A stretch of 64,000 bases of DNA from Callorhinchus milii (Eukaryota): NCBI RefSeq assembly GCF_018977255.1, contig NW_024704762.1:8742001-8806000 (forward strand), written 5' to 3'. The notes below the pieces were generated by a model. That model worked only from the letters and a program-made list of their open reading frames with translations. It ran no database searches and had not been told where the DNA came from. Positions 42,121 through 53,741 of the stretch are shown here, piece by piece. How positions within the stretch are numbered: position 1 is the first letter of the stretch; each line of letters opens with the position of its first letter. The translations under genes were made by a program, and so were the position numbers.

Positions 42121-45100
42121 AGATATTATATTATTAGCAGTAGCTTCCAGCGCAGATGGGATCTGTGCAGATTACAGTGTGGTGGTTGGGGGCGGGGGGG
42201 CTACACAGATGTGGGGCACTTAATGTGCTTGGAATGTAAGGCGCATGGTTATGCGAAAGGAAGATGGGAGGGGGGGATATTTTGGAAGGAACTCAGTGGG
42301 GTGGGCTGTTGCTCTCTTTGCTCTACGACACCCTCAGGGAGTTTTTCCACGGAGCGCTCGCTGGGAGCCCCACCTTTTCTCAGACTCGGTTCTCACGTAC
42401 CAGTCTCTCCCTCTTATATTATACCATGTCCCAGGTACTGTTTCTGCCAAGGGGCTGGGCACAGTGTAAAAGCTGGCACCTGGTGCCCGGTCTCACCCAA
42501 ACCACCCATCCTGTCTGGTTCCAGCGAGTACCCACTTCCAATGACCAATTTCTGCTCCTCACAATGAGCTCACTCTCCCTCCTTTCATTCGTTCAAGTGT
42601 CTCCCCTGATCCCCATTCCCTGACTTAACCCAGTTCACTGTTAAGATTGGTGCCATTTTGCTTCCACCCTTGCCCACCCACCTTCCCAACACATCCTCTC
42701 AGTAAAACCCGTTTATCTCGGGCTTCAGATTATTTATTAATTAAATTAATTAATTTCCCGCAACTCTTCCAGTTCCAAAACAGTAAAGACCCCCGACCCA
42801 CTCCTCTCCGCACCTTAAGATCCTCAGTAAATGCACCAATTCCTCTTGCACTAATCGACAGGCCTCTTAACTGGCTCACATCTCAACAGTTTAACAGCTG
42901 AATTAATTACCTTCCTTCCCACCTCACCCATAATTAACTGTCCAATAAATTAAGCTCCCCATTCATTTTTTTTTCCTTCATGAATTATTCAGCTGGTGAC
43001 AAAAGTACCTTCTCCATCAGAGTCCATTCATTAAAGTGTCTGCTTAATTAAAAAGCCTTCTTAATTAGAGTCTGCGGAGTTACTGTGTAACTGAGATTGG
43101 GACCGTGCTATGCTTTTGGAAGACTGTGTTTACTTGCACACAGCTCCACATGTTCTACTCCATATTGTTGCTTCCATTTACCCAGCCTCGACTGTGAACT
43201 CACAAAGTCTTGACATAAGGTGTGTATTATAATTATAATAATAATAATCCTTGCATTTAATAAAGCACCTTATCATGTCATTCAGTCATCTCAAAGTGCT
43301 TCACAGGAGATACTGTAAAGTAGAGTGTCCCACAAACAGAATGAGTAACCAATATTTTATTTAGGGGATTTGTTGACTAGGACACCCGGAGAAAGAAATT
43401 CCCTTCTCTTTTCGAGTAGTGCCGTGGGATCCGTGTGGATGATCTTGAATGTCCACCTGAACAGGCAGAGATGAAGCCGCAATCTTCTGACCCAGAGATG
43501 TCAGTCGCCCTTTCTCAGAGAACCTCGTTGTCTGACTTTTACTCAAGAAATCTCAACTCTGGAGTAATTCCGGGCTTGCACTCAGTTGTGAGATAGAGCA
43601 TCTTCCTTCTAAGTGGCAGGGTGTGGATATTCAGAGCATTGATTAATAATGAAGAACAATGATATCCATTGAGAGAGCACGACTGCTGGGCACTGCTGGT
43701 GGGTTTGCCTGTTACTGAGCTGTGTGTCACTCATGCGCAGAATCCATAATCTGCATCTCACAAGCCAAGGGCGAAAACCTCGGTCAGAGAACAGTGTGTG
43801 TTTGTGAGGTCCGTCACAGCCTGACGTAACACAACTTTCATGGGTTATACAGTGAGCGGGTGGGCCAGAGGAAATGGAGGGAAGGGGGGAAGGCCAGACA
43901 CGGCCTGCGGGTCGCCAGTTGGACCACCCTGATCTAGTGGATCAAGGCATTTTATCCCGGGTTGGGCAAAACCTTAGACACGTTTCCTTACTCCACACTC
44001 CTCTGTTTTGCCTAGCAGTAGTTAGGAACCCGGTCGTTACTCAATTGGCAGATTGATGTCCGGGGGTAATATTCCCTTCAAAAAAAACATGTTTTGCCTA
44101 CAAAGTACACAGTCACCCCACTTTACAATATACCCTGTGAAGCACTTTGAGATGTCTCAACGACACAATAAGGCGTTATATCAAATGCAAGGATTATTGT
44201 TGTTGTTATATTGAGTTACCAGAGACTGCAATGATCGGTGCAAACACGTACAGTAAAGACGAGCTGTTGTGTGTGTGTGTATGTGTGTGCACGAGGGGGG
44301 GTGTGGTGACTGCCGATGCTGGAAATATGTAGATGAGTTGGTCTATGAGTAATGGGTTAATGTTCTGGGTGTCATTCTCTATCGGGATGAAGGGCTACAC
44401 CCAATGTGGGAACCTATTTTTCTCTTTCGCTTGGCGATCAAACAGCATAGTCATTTGGGGTCATTTCAAGACGGAACCAAAAAAGGAGTGAAGTGATTGT
44501 TGGGCGGGCAACAAGATGGCAGGGAGGGGCATTTGTTGACCCCCTTCAGAAGCATTTGCACCCAGTCTTTGCCCCTCCTGACAACCCTGCAGATAAATTC
44601 GTTGCTCACCTCATGGCTGTTTGTGGGAATTTGCTGAGCGCAAATTGGCTGCCGTGTTTGCCTGTCACTACATTTGACAGCAATTGCCTGTGATGTGCTT
44701 GGAGACGTCTTGACATCGGAGAGTAGTGGTTAAAGCGCTCGCCTCACAAGCGAGAAGATTCTTAGGCAAGTTTCCTTACTCCACTCGCCTCGGTTCACCT
44801 AGCAGGTAGGAACCCAGTTGTTAGTCTCTTGATGGATCGCTTTCCGGGAATAATAACCCCTATTAAACCCAATCCAATCACTCAATCCAAGACTGTTTGT
44901 GGAACACTGCTGTGCGCAATTGGCTGTCACGTTTTGCCCGCAAAATACCCAGTCTCTCCACCTTACAATATATTCTGTGAAGCGCTTTGAGACGTCTCAA
45001 TGACGTCTCAAGGCGCTGTATCGAATGCGAGGATTAGTAATATTATTACTGGCACTGGATCAAATTTCCTGACTGTAGAAGTATTTATTCAAAGGGTGTG

Positions 45101-46730
45101 ATTGTGCAAGTGTCCTGTTTACTCCCGTAACTAACCAGTTTTTCCGAAATAATGTTTTTCCGGGCTTTAAGGAGTTAATTCCTCCCTCAGCGATGGAGCT
45201 GTTACACAGTGACTAATCACAAGAGATCCTCTTTCAGTTTTGCCCTCACGTGACCCGATCTGTCATAGAAGGTGAAAAGCGGAGTGGAAGAACAGTACGA
45301 TGACCCAGCACAAAACTTAAAAGCCTTTTCCTCCCGAAGACTTGCGTTCGCACAGCCTGAAGACCGGGAAAGATGCGCATTTAACCCGTTGTCTCTGTGC
45401 AGACTGCATCCATTAAACTGCCTGGGCCTCCATCGACCGATCACCTAATGTGGGCAATCTAGCAGCTAAGAAAAGCGGTTTGCAGAGAAACCTAACGCTA
45501 GATGTGCTGTTAATGAGGTTGTGCTCCAGTCTGCGGTGGGTGAAGCCGTCTGTTGTGTCGAGCGCTCCTTCAGTGAGGCGTACCCTCCCTCCCACCCCTA
45601 CCACCACCCCCTGCCCCGGGCACAAAACATTCCGGGGTAAGGTGAGCGGGGCAAGTCTCTCTGGGGTGGTGTGGGTGGGGGGGGGGGGGGTGGGTGGGTG
45701 TTGGGGAGGGGGCGCCAGAGTGTTAGTTCCACTCCAGACACAGGGAGATCTCCTCGCCTACGTGGAACTCTTGGTAGTCTGATTTTGAGACTCTGTTAAG
45801 CGTGACGATGGGTTTCTCTGTGTGTCGGATACCCGACCGACCGCAGAAGTAAACTGAATAGCGCAGGTCGGTGCATAGCTCAGGTATACGAGCGAGATAT
45901 TAAATTTACGAACACTCTGTGTGTGTGTGAGTGTGTGTGTGTGTGTGCACTACACTAAGCACTGTATGACTTTCTTGAGGACTGTGTCTATTCTGAGGGA
46001 GATGGGATGGTGCAGACTTGAGGAGCCTTTTGTTAATGCACTATTGATGATAATAATAATAATCCTTGCATTTGATACAGCGCCTTATCACGTCGTTGAG
46101 ACGTCTCAAAGCGCTTCGCAGGACATACCGTAAAGCGTAGTGACTGTGTATTTTGTGGGCGCAACGTGATCCCTAACATCCTCTCTTCCCTCTCCAGCTT
46201 CCGCTCCCTGCCGAGGGTTAATTGGATTGGGATCCGAACAAACGGTTTGCCCAGCGACCGAGAGAATCCGTGGCTGAGATGAGAGAAGCGTCCGATGACT
46301 CGGAGAAATCAGCTTCGCTCGGTCGCCGCTCGTAGGCCTGTCGATCCACGACGATTCCTCTCCTCCGCAACCAAACAGTCCATCGTTCAGTCGGAAACAG
46401 TGTCCCAGCCACTGGGGTAAAACAAGTTGTCTTTTTGTGAAAGGTTCTCCAGGCCTTCGACAAGAGAAGAGCCGCAAGTCACGAGGGGCTGCGAGCCAGG
46501 GGAGCGAAGGAGAGAGAGAGGTGGGAAGGAATCCTTAAAGCCCTGAAAACAAGAGACGTTGTGTGGGAATACGACTTCCAGGTTTTTTTTTTCCGCGCGA
46601 AACCTCTTCGCGAGGTGCTTTGTTCACAACGAGGGGGAATCATGACCCGAAACTGCTCAGCGGCAAGAATTCCAAGCCAAACCCAATTCCGAATTCCAAG
46701 CCATCACGGGAGCAGAGTTGAAGCCTGACC

Positions 46731-49700
46731 ATGCTGTGTTCCAAGAGGGGACGACCCAATGCCTCGTGTAACCCTCCCACCATCGACGTGCCAGCGCTGA
46801 GCGGATGCAGACACCTGGATTGCACTGTCCAGGGTCACCCTTCCCAGGCGCTGGAGGTGAAGTGATCTCTGTCGATTTGTTGCTTGTTTCGTATTTTTTT
46901 TTCTTAATTGCGTAGGTTAATGTTAACTTCTCTCTGGTTCATCTGAAGCATTGTGTCCCGAGTTGAAATTACTTGTGGAGTCCTGTAGCGTATCGGTTAG
47001 AGTTAGCCCGCTCGCCTCGCAAGCGAGAGGACCCGGGTTCGATTCCCGTTTGCCGAGTTTCCTTACTCCTTTTCCCCTCGTTCCTCAGTAGGGATCCGGC
47101 TGATAGTCGATCGGTGGATCGCTTGTCCCGGGGGTAATAATCCCTTCAAAATAAATAAAAATAATAATAACTTGGTCACTCAATCCACGGCTGTTTGTGG
47201 GACACTGCTGTGTGCAATCGGCTGCCACGTTTCGCCCACAAAATATACACTCAATTCGCTTTAGAGTAAAGCGCTTTGAGACGCCTCGAAGACGTGATGA
47301 GGCGCTGTATCAAATGCAAGGATTATTGTATTTGTTTAGCGCCTTATCAAGTCTTGGAAGGCGCACACACTTTCTCAGCTGTGTGAGCCAAAGGTCTAAA
47401 GGGTAGAATGTTCCTAACAGAGAATGTCACACTGGCGTACTGTACTTCACTGCAATGCTTGCTTGCACTGTGGCTTTGAAATGTCTCGAAGACGTGATAA
47501 TAACATCCAATGCAAGGGTTATTTCCATTGGGTTCCTGACGTGAAAGGCCCTATAGAAATGTAACGTTTGTTGTTTGTTGTTGTAGGTCATGCGGGAACT
47601 GAGGAACAATAAGCAGTTGTGTGACGTGACTCTCCGAGTGACCCACGAGGGCAAGGAGCAAAGCTTCCTGGCTCACAGGGTGGTCCTGGCATCCTGCAGC
47701 CCCGTCTTCAAGGCCATGTTCACTAGTAACCTGCGCGAGCGGCACTTGGCCGAGGTCAAGGTGGAGGGAGTCTGCCCCAGGGTGATGGAGAGGCTGATCG
47801 AGTTTGCCTACACGGCGAGGATCTCTGTGAGCGAGCCCGCCGTGCTCCACGTGTTGCTGGCCAGTATGATGTACCAGGTGGAGGAGGTGGTCAAGGCTTG
47901 CTGCGATTTCCTCGTCAGGAACCTGAACTCCAGCAACGCCATTGGCATCTCCAACTTCGCCGAACAGATCGGCTGCACTGAGCTGCACCAGAGGGGGAAG
48001 GAATACATCAGCATGCACTTCAATGAGGTAAGTCTCCCCCCTCTCCCTCTCCCTCTCCCTCCCTTGTGAAGGCCATATTGTATATAAATACAAGTTGTTG
48101 TTGCCATTGAGAACACTGTCTGGCGAGCTTCACCTCTCCTCTCCGCTCATTCCTTGCAGGTCACCAAAGAGAATGAGTTCTTCAACTTGACCCACTGCCA
48201 ACTCCTGGATCTCGTCAGCCAGGACAGCCTCAATGTCCTGTGCGAGTCCGAAGTATACAAAGCCTGCACGGAGTGGGTGCGCTGGGATCTGGCCAGCCGC
48301 GACCAGTACTTCCACGCTCTCCTAAACGCGGTGCAGATCTACGCTTTGCCCCCGAGGTTCCTCAAGCTCCAGCTGCAGGAGTGTCCGATCGTCAACAAGT
48401 CCAACACCTGCCGTGACTTCCTGGCCAGGATCTTCCAGGAGATGGCGCTGAACAAACCTCTACCCCCCACTAAGCTGCGGGGGAATCAGTTGATCTATGT
48501 GGCAGGGGGGTACCTGCACAACTCTCTGAGGTGGATGGAAGCCTTCAGCCCCCGGACAAGCCAGTGGATCAAACTGGCCGACCTCCCTGAGCCCAGGAGT
48601 GGGTTAGGCTCCTGTGTGGTCTTCGGGCTGTTCTACGCCATGGGCGGCAGGAATAATTCCAAGCATCTCAATGTCGACTCAGACGCCCTGGATTGCTACA
48701 ACCCCATGACCAACCGCTGGACCCAGCGAAGTCCCATGAACGTGCCCAGGAACCGGGTGGGCGTCGGGGTAATCGACAGCATCATCTACGCTGTGGGAGG
48801 GTCTCATGGTTCCTCCCACCACAGGACAGTTGAGAAGTAAGTGACTGCGAAGGAGTCCTGAGTAATATTCCTTGCATTTGATACAGCGCCTTGCGTTTTG
48901 TTCAGACGTCTCAAAGCGCTTCACAGGATACACCGTAAAGTGGAGTGACTGTGTATTTTGCGGGTGAAACGCGGCAGCCAGTTGCACACCGCAGCATCCC
49001 ACATACAGTCGTGGCTTGAGTGACCGCATTTTTCTTTTTGATGGGATTATTAACCCCACAAAGCGATCCAGGGATCGACTAACCCTGACCTTGGAAGTAT
49101 ATTTAATCAGAAACTAAATAAACTGTATACTTTCCAAGTTAAGGGAGCGTCTGCAAACAGCAACCTGGAAAGCATTCACTGGAACCACAACTCCGTTGAG
49201 TTTACGGTCTTGTCCTTCTTTGCTCGTAGATACGACCCCGAGACCAACTGTTGGACGTTCGTGGCACCTATGGCGGTGAGCCGGATTGGCGCTGGAGTGG
49301 CCGTATGGGACGGTCTTCTGTACGTCATCGGGGGATTTGACGGGGAGAACCGCTGGCAGACAGTGGAGTGCTATCACCCTGAGACAGACAAGTGGCACTT
49401 TGTGGCTCCGATGGGCAGTGTTCGCAGTGGGGCAGGTTATACACTTTCCACTTTGTTCTTGTGAGAAATTGGGGGTGAGGGGCAGAGGGTATAAAGGCCT
49501 GGGAGCCTGAACAGAGCCTGGTGTATGTAATAATAAGAATTATATTATAATAACACACTCAAACTTGCTTAAGTCTGATCTGTATAAATCGTAACATCTC
49601 CTAACTTGTACACCTGCCCAAGACCCGTTGAATTTTCTATTATATATAAGTTTCAGGTAACTCATACTTTGGGTAAATCATATTCAACGTTTGGTCCCGA

Positions 49701-51132
49701 CTGATACGACTTATGTGAGGTTTACTGTAATAATAATACTTGCATTTGATACATTGCCCTATCACGTTGTTGAGACATCGCAAAGCCCGCTTATTGTAAA
49801 GTGGAGTGACTGTATGTTTTGTGGGGGAAACGCGGCAGCCAATTTAGGATGGGAGACAGGGACGGGGTGTGTAAACAAAGGGAGCTGAGTTAGGGTTAAA
49901 GAGGGTGTTGCTGGGGTCAGTTTGAGATGTCATGGGGGGCTTTATTGGGGGAACAAGCCGAGAAATGAACACATTACGTTACTATTTCCCACGGACCCTC
50001 TCCTCGGCTTTCCTCCCCTCAGGTGTTGCTTCTCTGGACAATTACATCTATGTGGTTGGCGGCTTTGACGGCACGAACCAGCTGCAGACTGTGGAGCGTT
50101 ACAGTATCGAGAGGGATCAGTGGGAGAGTGTCGCGCCTTTGAAACACAGCCGGAGCGCACTGGGAGTAACGATGTACCACGGAAAGATCTACGCACTGGG
50201 TAAGGCCTCTGTTCGTTCACCGCGGGTAACGATAATGATTCTTACATTCGATACAGTGCCTTTCGCGTCTGGAGGACATCCTCACAGGATTCTGGGGCTG
50301 ACGGATATTCAGCGTCTCTGCTTATACTGTAGTAACCATCAGGGTACATTTACTTAACCTTTCATTCACTAAATCCATCTCATTGAGTAGCAGAACAAGG
50401 AGGCGCAATCTTAAAATTGGACCGAGGCCATTTGGGAGTGAAATCAGGAAGCTTTTTTTCACACAAAAGGGAGTGGAAATCTGGAACTCCCCCCCTCTCT
50501 CTCTCACTCCCTCCCTCCCTCCCTCCTCCCCCAAAAGGCTGAGGATGCTGGAAACATTCAAATTTGCAAGACTGAGGTGGACAGATTTTTGTTAGGAATA
50601 CGGGGCAAAGGGTGGATTATTGGGGTTCAGGTACAGATCAGCAACGATCTAATAGAATGGCAAAATAGACTTGAGGGGCTGAATGGCCTCTTCCTGTTCC
50701 TGTGTTCATTCCATCCCATTGGATACAATTCCAATGGATCCAACCCCTTCCCACTCCATCTCACTCCCCTCCATTGCTGATGAATGGTCACTCGGGGCGA
50801 GGACGTCTCGCGGGGCGGTGGGGGGTGGGGGGGTGGTTCTGCTCAGGGGAGAAAGTAGGAAGGTTTTTGGCTGAAATGGAGGTTTGTGAACCATATTGTT
50901 GGAATTGAATTCCCTTTATTCCCCCCCAAACCCCACAGGAGGCTTCAGCCAAGAGTTCCTCAAGAGTGTGGAGTGCTACGATCCCGAGAGTGACCAATGG
51001 ACTGAGGTAGAGAACATGCTGTCGGCACGGAGTGGTATGGGAGTGGCTGTCACCATGGAACCCTGCCCCAGGAACCTCAGCAAGTCAGAGACTGATCTGC
51101 CACTGAACGCCACACTGCCCACGTTGTGCTGA
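46731..51132 (+). CDS. keap1a: Kelch-like ECH-associated protein 1, Keap1a-type paralog (BTB-BACK/IVR-6 Kelch)
   Basis: Exons: 46731-46856, 47587-48027, 48160-48836, 49230-49435, 50023-50199, 50939-51132; 606 aa. KEAP1-specific peptides: [41 protein letters not shown]...[30 protein letters not shown]. The [23 protein letters not shown] lacks the C273 equivalent and keeps C288, the Keap1a pattern. Confidence 0.93.
46976..47330 (+). mobile_element. Older tRNA-derived SINE (longer body) in keap1a intron 1
   Basis: tRNA-like head with B box gggttcgattccc, a body segment absent from the young subfamily, and an L2-type tail. Related copies at about 20507-20850, 44720-45045, 55600-55945 and 57610-57955 (-). 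Confidence 0.75.
50370..50705 (+). mobile_element. CR1-type LINE 3' fragment in keap1a intron 5
   Basis: Translates [10 protein letters not shown]...[15 protein letters not shown]..., followed by a CR1-like 3' end (gaggggctgaatggcctcttcctgttcct). Similar tails at about 18170-18360, 31930-32060 (-) and 59350-59480. Confidence 0.7.
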
Positions 51133-53682
51133 GGCCACTTGAGACATGGAAGAACTTTTTAGGATCTCAGCCTCCACTCTCCTCTCTCTTTCTCTCTCTT
51201 CCCAATAAACCCCACTCCCACCCCAAATTCGAGGGACCACTTTGGGTTGAGACTAAGCTACAATCAGCGGTGAACCTATTGGAACCTATTGGCGAAAAGA
51301 ACATATGACAGTGTTGGTGGTGGTGGGGTGGGGGGGGGCAATGGGATCCAGGTTTTCAGGTCTCACCTGAAGATGTTTTCCACCCTCTCCCCCCCGGCTT
51401 GAAGTCATGCTCCGCCACTGTCAAGCGCTGTGGGACACTACCCTGTGTCAGGGGCGCTATATAAATACAAGTTGTTGTTATTTTTATGATGCTGAGTGGC
51501 GTGAGATGATGTAGAGTTCAAGCAGGCTATTCAACGTGGACTTTGTGCACAGGTAACACACGTGGGTTTGAATTAATGGGCCCCAAGTGAGATCCAGACT
51601 GGAACAAATTGTCTTATCTTTGTAGAGCAGTGGCCAAGAGGAACCGTCTCTAAGCAGAAGCCTTGAACTGAACGCTATGTCGATCGACTGTCAATCAGCT
51701 TTGGGAGTTGGGGACAAAGTTTGCACTAAATTCCCCTAGAGATTGGTTTGCAGTGAATCAGTTGAGCAGATATGGAAGCCATGGCTCGCCTCTTGCCATC
51801 CCCATGACTGGTTGATGTACAGAAACCTTCTGCGCAAAGATTATACATAAACATATATAGCGTATATTACATATTTTTAACAAAATCTCCCAACAGTGTT
51901 TACGCTGCATGTTTCAGTCAGTGACACAGCCCATGGCTGAAATCCTTCTTTCCATTTATTCAGTGTTAAGATTCTCAGCCATTTATTTGACACTCTTGGC
52001 TCCTAGTTGTGCTCCATATGTGTGAATCAATCACCTTCAAGATAAAGGACTTTCTCTCCTCTCCTCTCCCATCTCCTGGCCTAGAGTCTGCTCCGCTTAA
52101 CATTTCAACGCTCGGAATGAAAGAAACCCAGCTGCTTTGGGCAACAGTGATTCTGGTTTAACCTGTTCAGCATTTTAACCTTTTTAATTTATCTTTTAGG
52201 CAAAGCCATGGCTTCTCCACTGTGCTATCAGGAGGCTTCACACACTACAATTCCTGTACAGTGCCCCTTTTTACAGGGCAGTGCCCCTTCAACTCCACGG
52301 ACAAAATACTGACCTGTGGTGCTACGGTTGGGGGGGGGGGATTGAGGGCAGCCCGGAGTCGGGGGTAGGTTATGAGGGCTGCCTCCTCGCACCGATCCTT
52401 GCATATAAATTCCTGTACGTAGTGTCGATAGTGTAAATACAGTATTATACTTATGTAAATGAATGATGTGCCTTTTGTTGTTGGAAGGTGCCATTGTCTC
52501 AGGTGTGAACTAATAAATGATGTTGCCGGAACCTCCTTTCGCTCGTCGTTTACGCCCTTTTAATCCTCTGAAAAAAACTCATCGAGATGAACTTCTCATT
52601 GAGGAACCAAGTTGCAGGGTCAAAGCCTGGAGTGCAGAACCAGGACACGACAAAGGCGGGAAAGAGTTGGAGAGAAGATGGGTGGGTGCAGTCTTCCGCC
52701 CCCATATTTTGGAACTTCATCCTACACTCCTTTCTCGTCTCTCCCTCCCTTGTATCCTTCAAGGTACGTCTCAAGACCCTCCTCTGCGTCTTTGGTCACA
52801 ATCCTACCCCTACTCTCCCTGCCCTCCTGATCCCAACCCCTTGCTTGGGTCCAAATCCCTGACTGTCCCGCGACTTGGGACGTCCTCCTGACGTGAAAGG
52901 TGCTGCATAAATGTAATTTGTTGTTGGGTGTTTAATGGCCTGTAGATTGTCTCACTTGCCAACCAGGTATATCTACAGTACTCCAAGGCACTGTTGCTGA
53001 GGCAAGCCAGCCACACACTGGGGCCAGGGAATCTTCCCACTCAACTCCCTGATAATCTTGCAAGCCAAAACCCTCATGAGTAGGGTGTTTCCTCGCTGGA
53101 AAAACAACGGGAATCTTGCCAGACAGTGTTCTCAATGGCAAGCTGTGCGGTTTTACAATATATAATTTGGGATATGACATGTGCATACCGCTGTCAGGAT
53201 GGTAGAAGGCGAACTGAGTGAACCTTGGTTTTCTTTCGTCTAGCAATTCTTATGTTATTTTTGTTTAGCTTGTTAAATTCCAGCAGTTACCGCAAACCAT
53301 ATACTAGGGTGTCCCCAAGCCTTGGATCTTGCCAGCCTGTGCCAAATACTCGCTGGATTTAGATAAGCCGGTTGCATCCCTTCAGAGAGAGTGTGTGCAT
53401 TGCATCCCAGACACAAGGATATGTCCAGGTTTGGGTGTCTTACAAAGGTGGGAACGCTGGTTATTTTAAAGGTTGTGGTTTATTCCTCTTAACGTAAGGG
53501 ATCAGTGCACTGTACAGGCTGAGAAATCCATCTAAAGGTTTAAGTTAACTGATCTGGCAATGTAACCCAATGCCTGTTTGCCTTGTTTATTTGTTTGCCT
53601 ACAAAATACCCAGTCGCTACACTTGACAGTAAATACCGTGAAGTGCTTTGAGGTGAACGTTTGATTTGAAAAGCGCCGGATA

Positions 53683-53741
53683 ATATAATATATTAGTGCT
53701 GCCTCACACTATATAATATATTAGTGCTGCCTCACACTATA
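53683..53741. repeat. Perfect 28-bp tandem duplication
   Basis: atataatatattagtgctgcctcacact x2 (53683-53710 and 53711-53738). Confidence 0.9.

Noticed and set aside
38600-43932. hAT/Charlie-like end fragments at about 38605-38670 and 43880-43930 as one composite transposon
   Set aside because: The termini match only loosely, with no clear TSD or transposase; more likely two independent relics.
46731-51132. Calling the BTB-Kelch gene KLHL26 because it follows TMEM59L in human
   Set aside because: The peptides and Nrf2-binding residues are KEAP1-specific.
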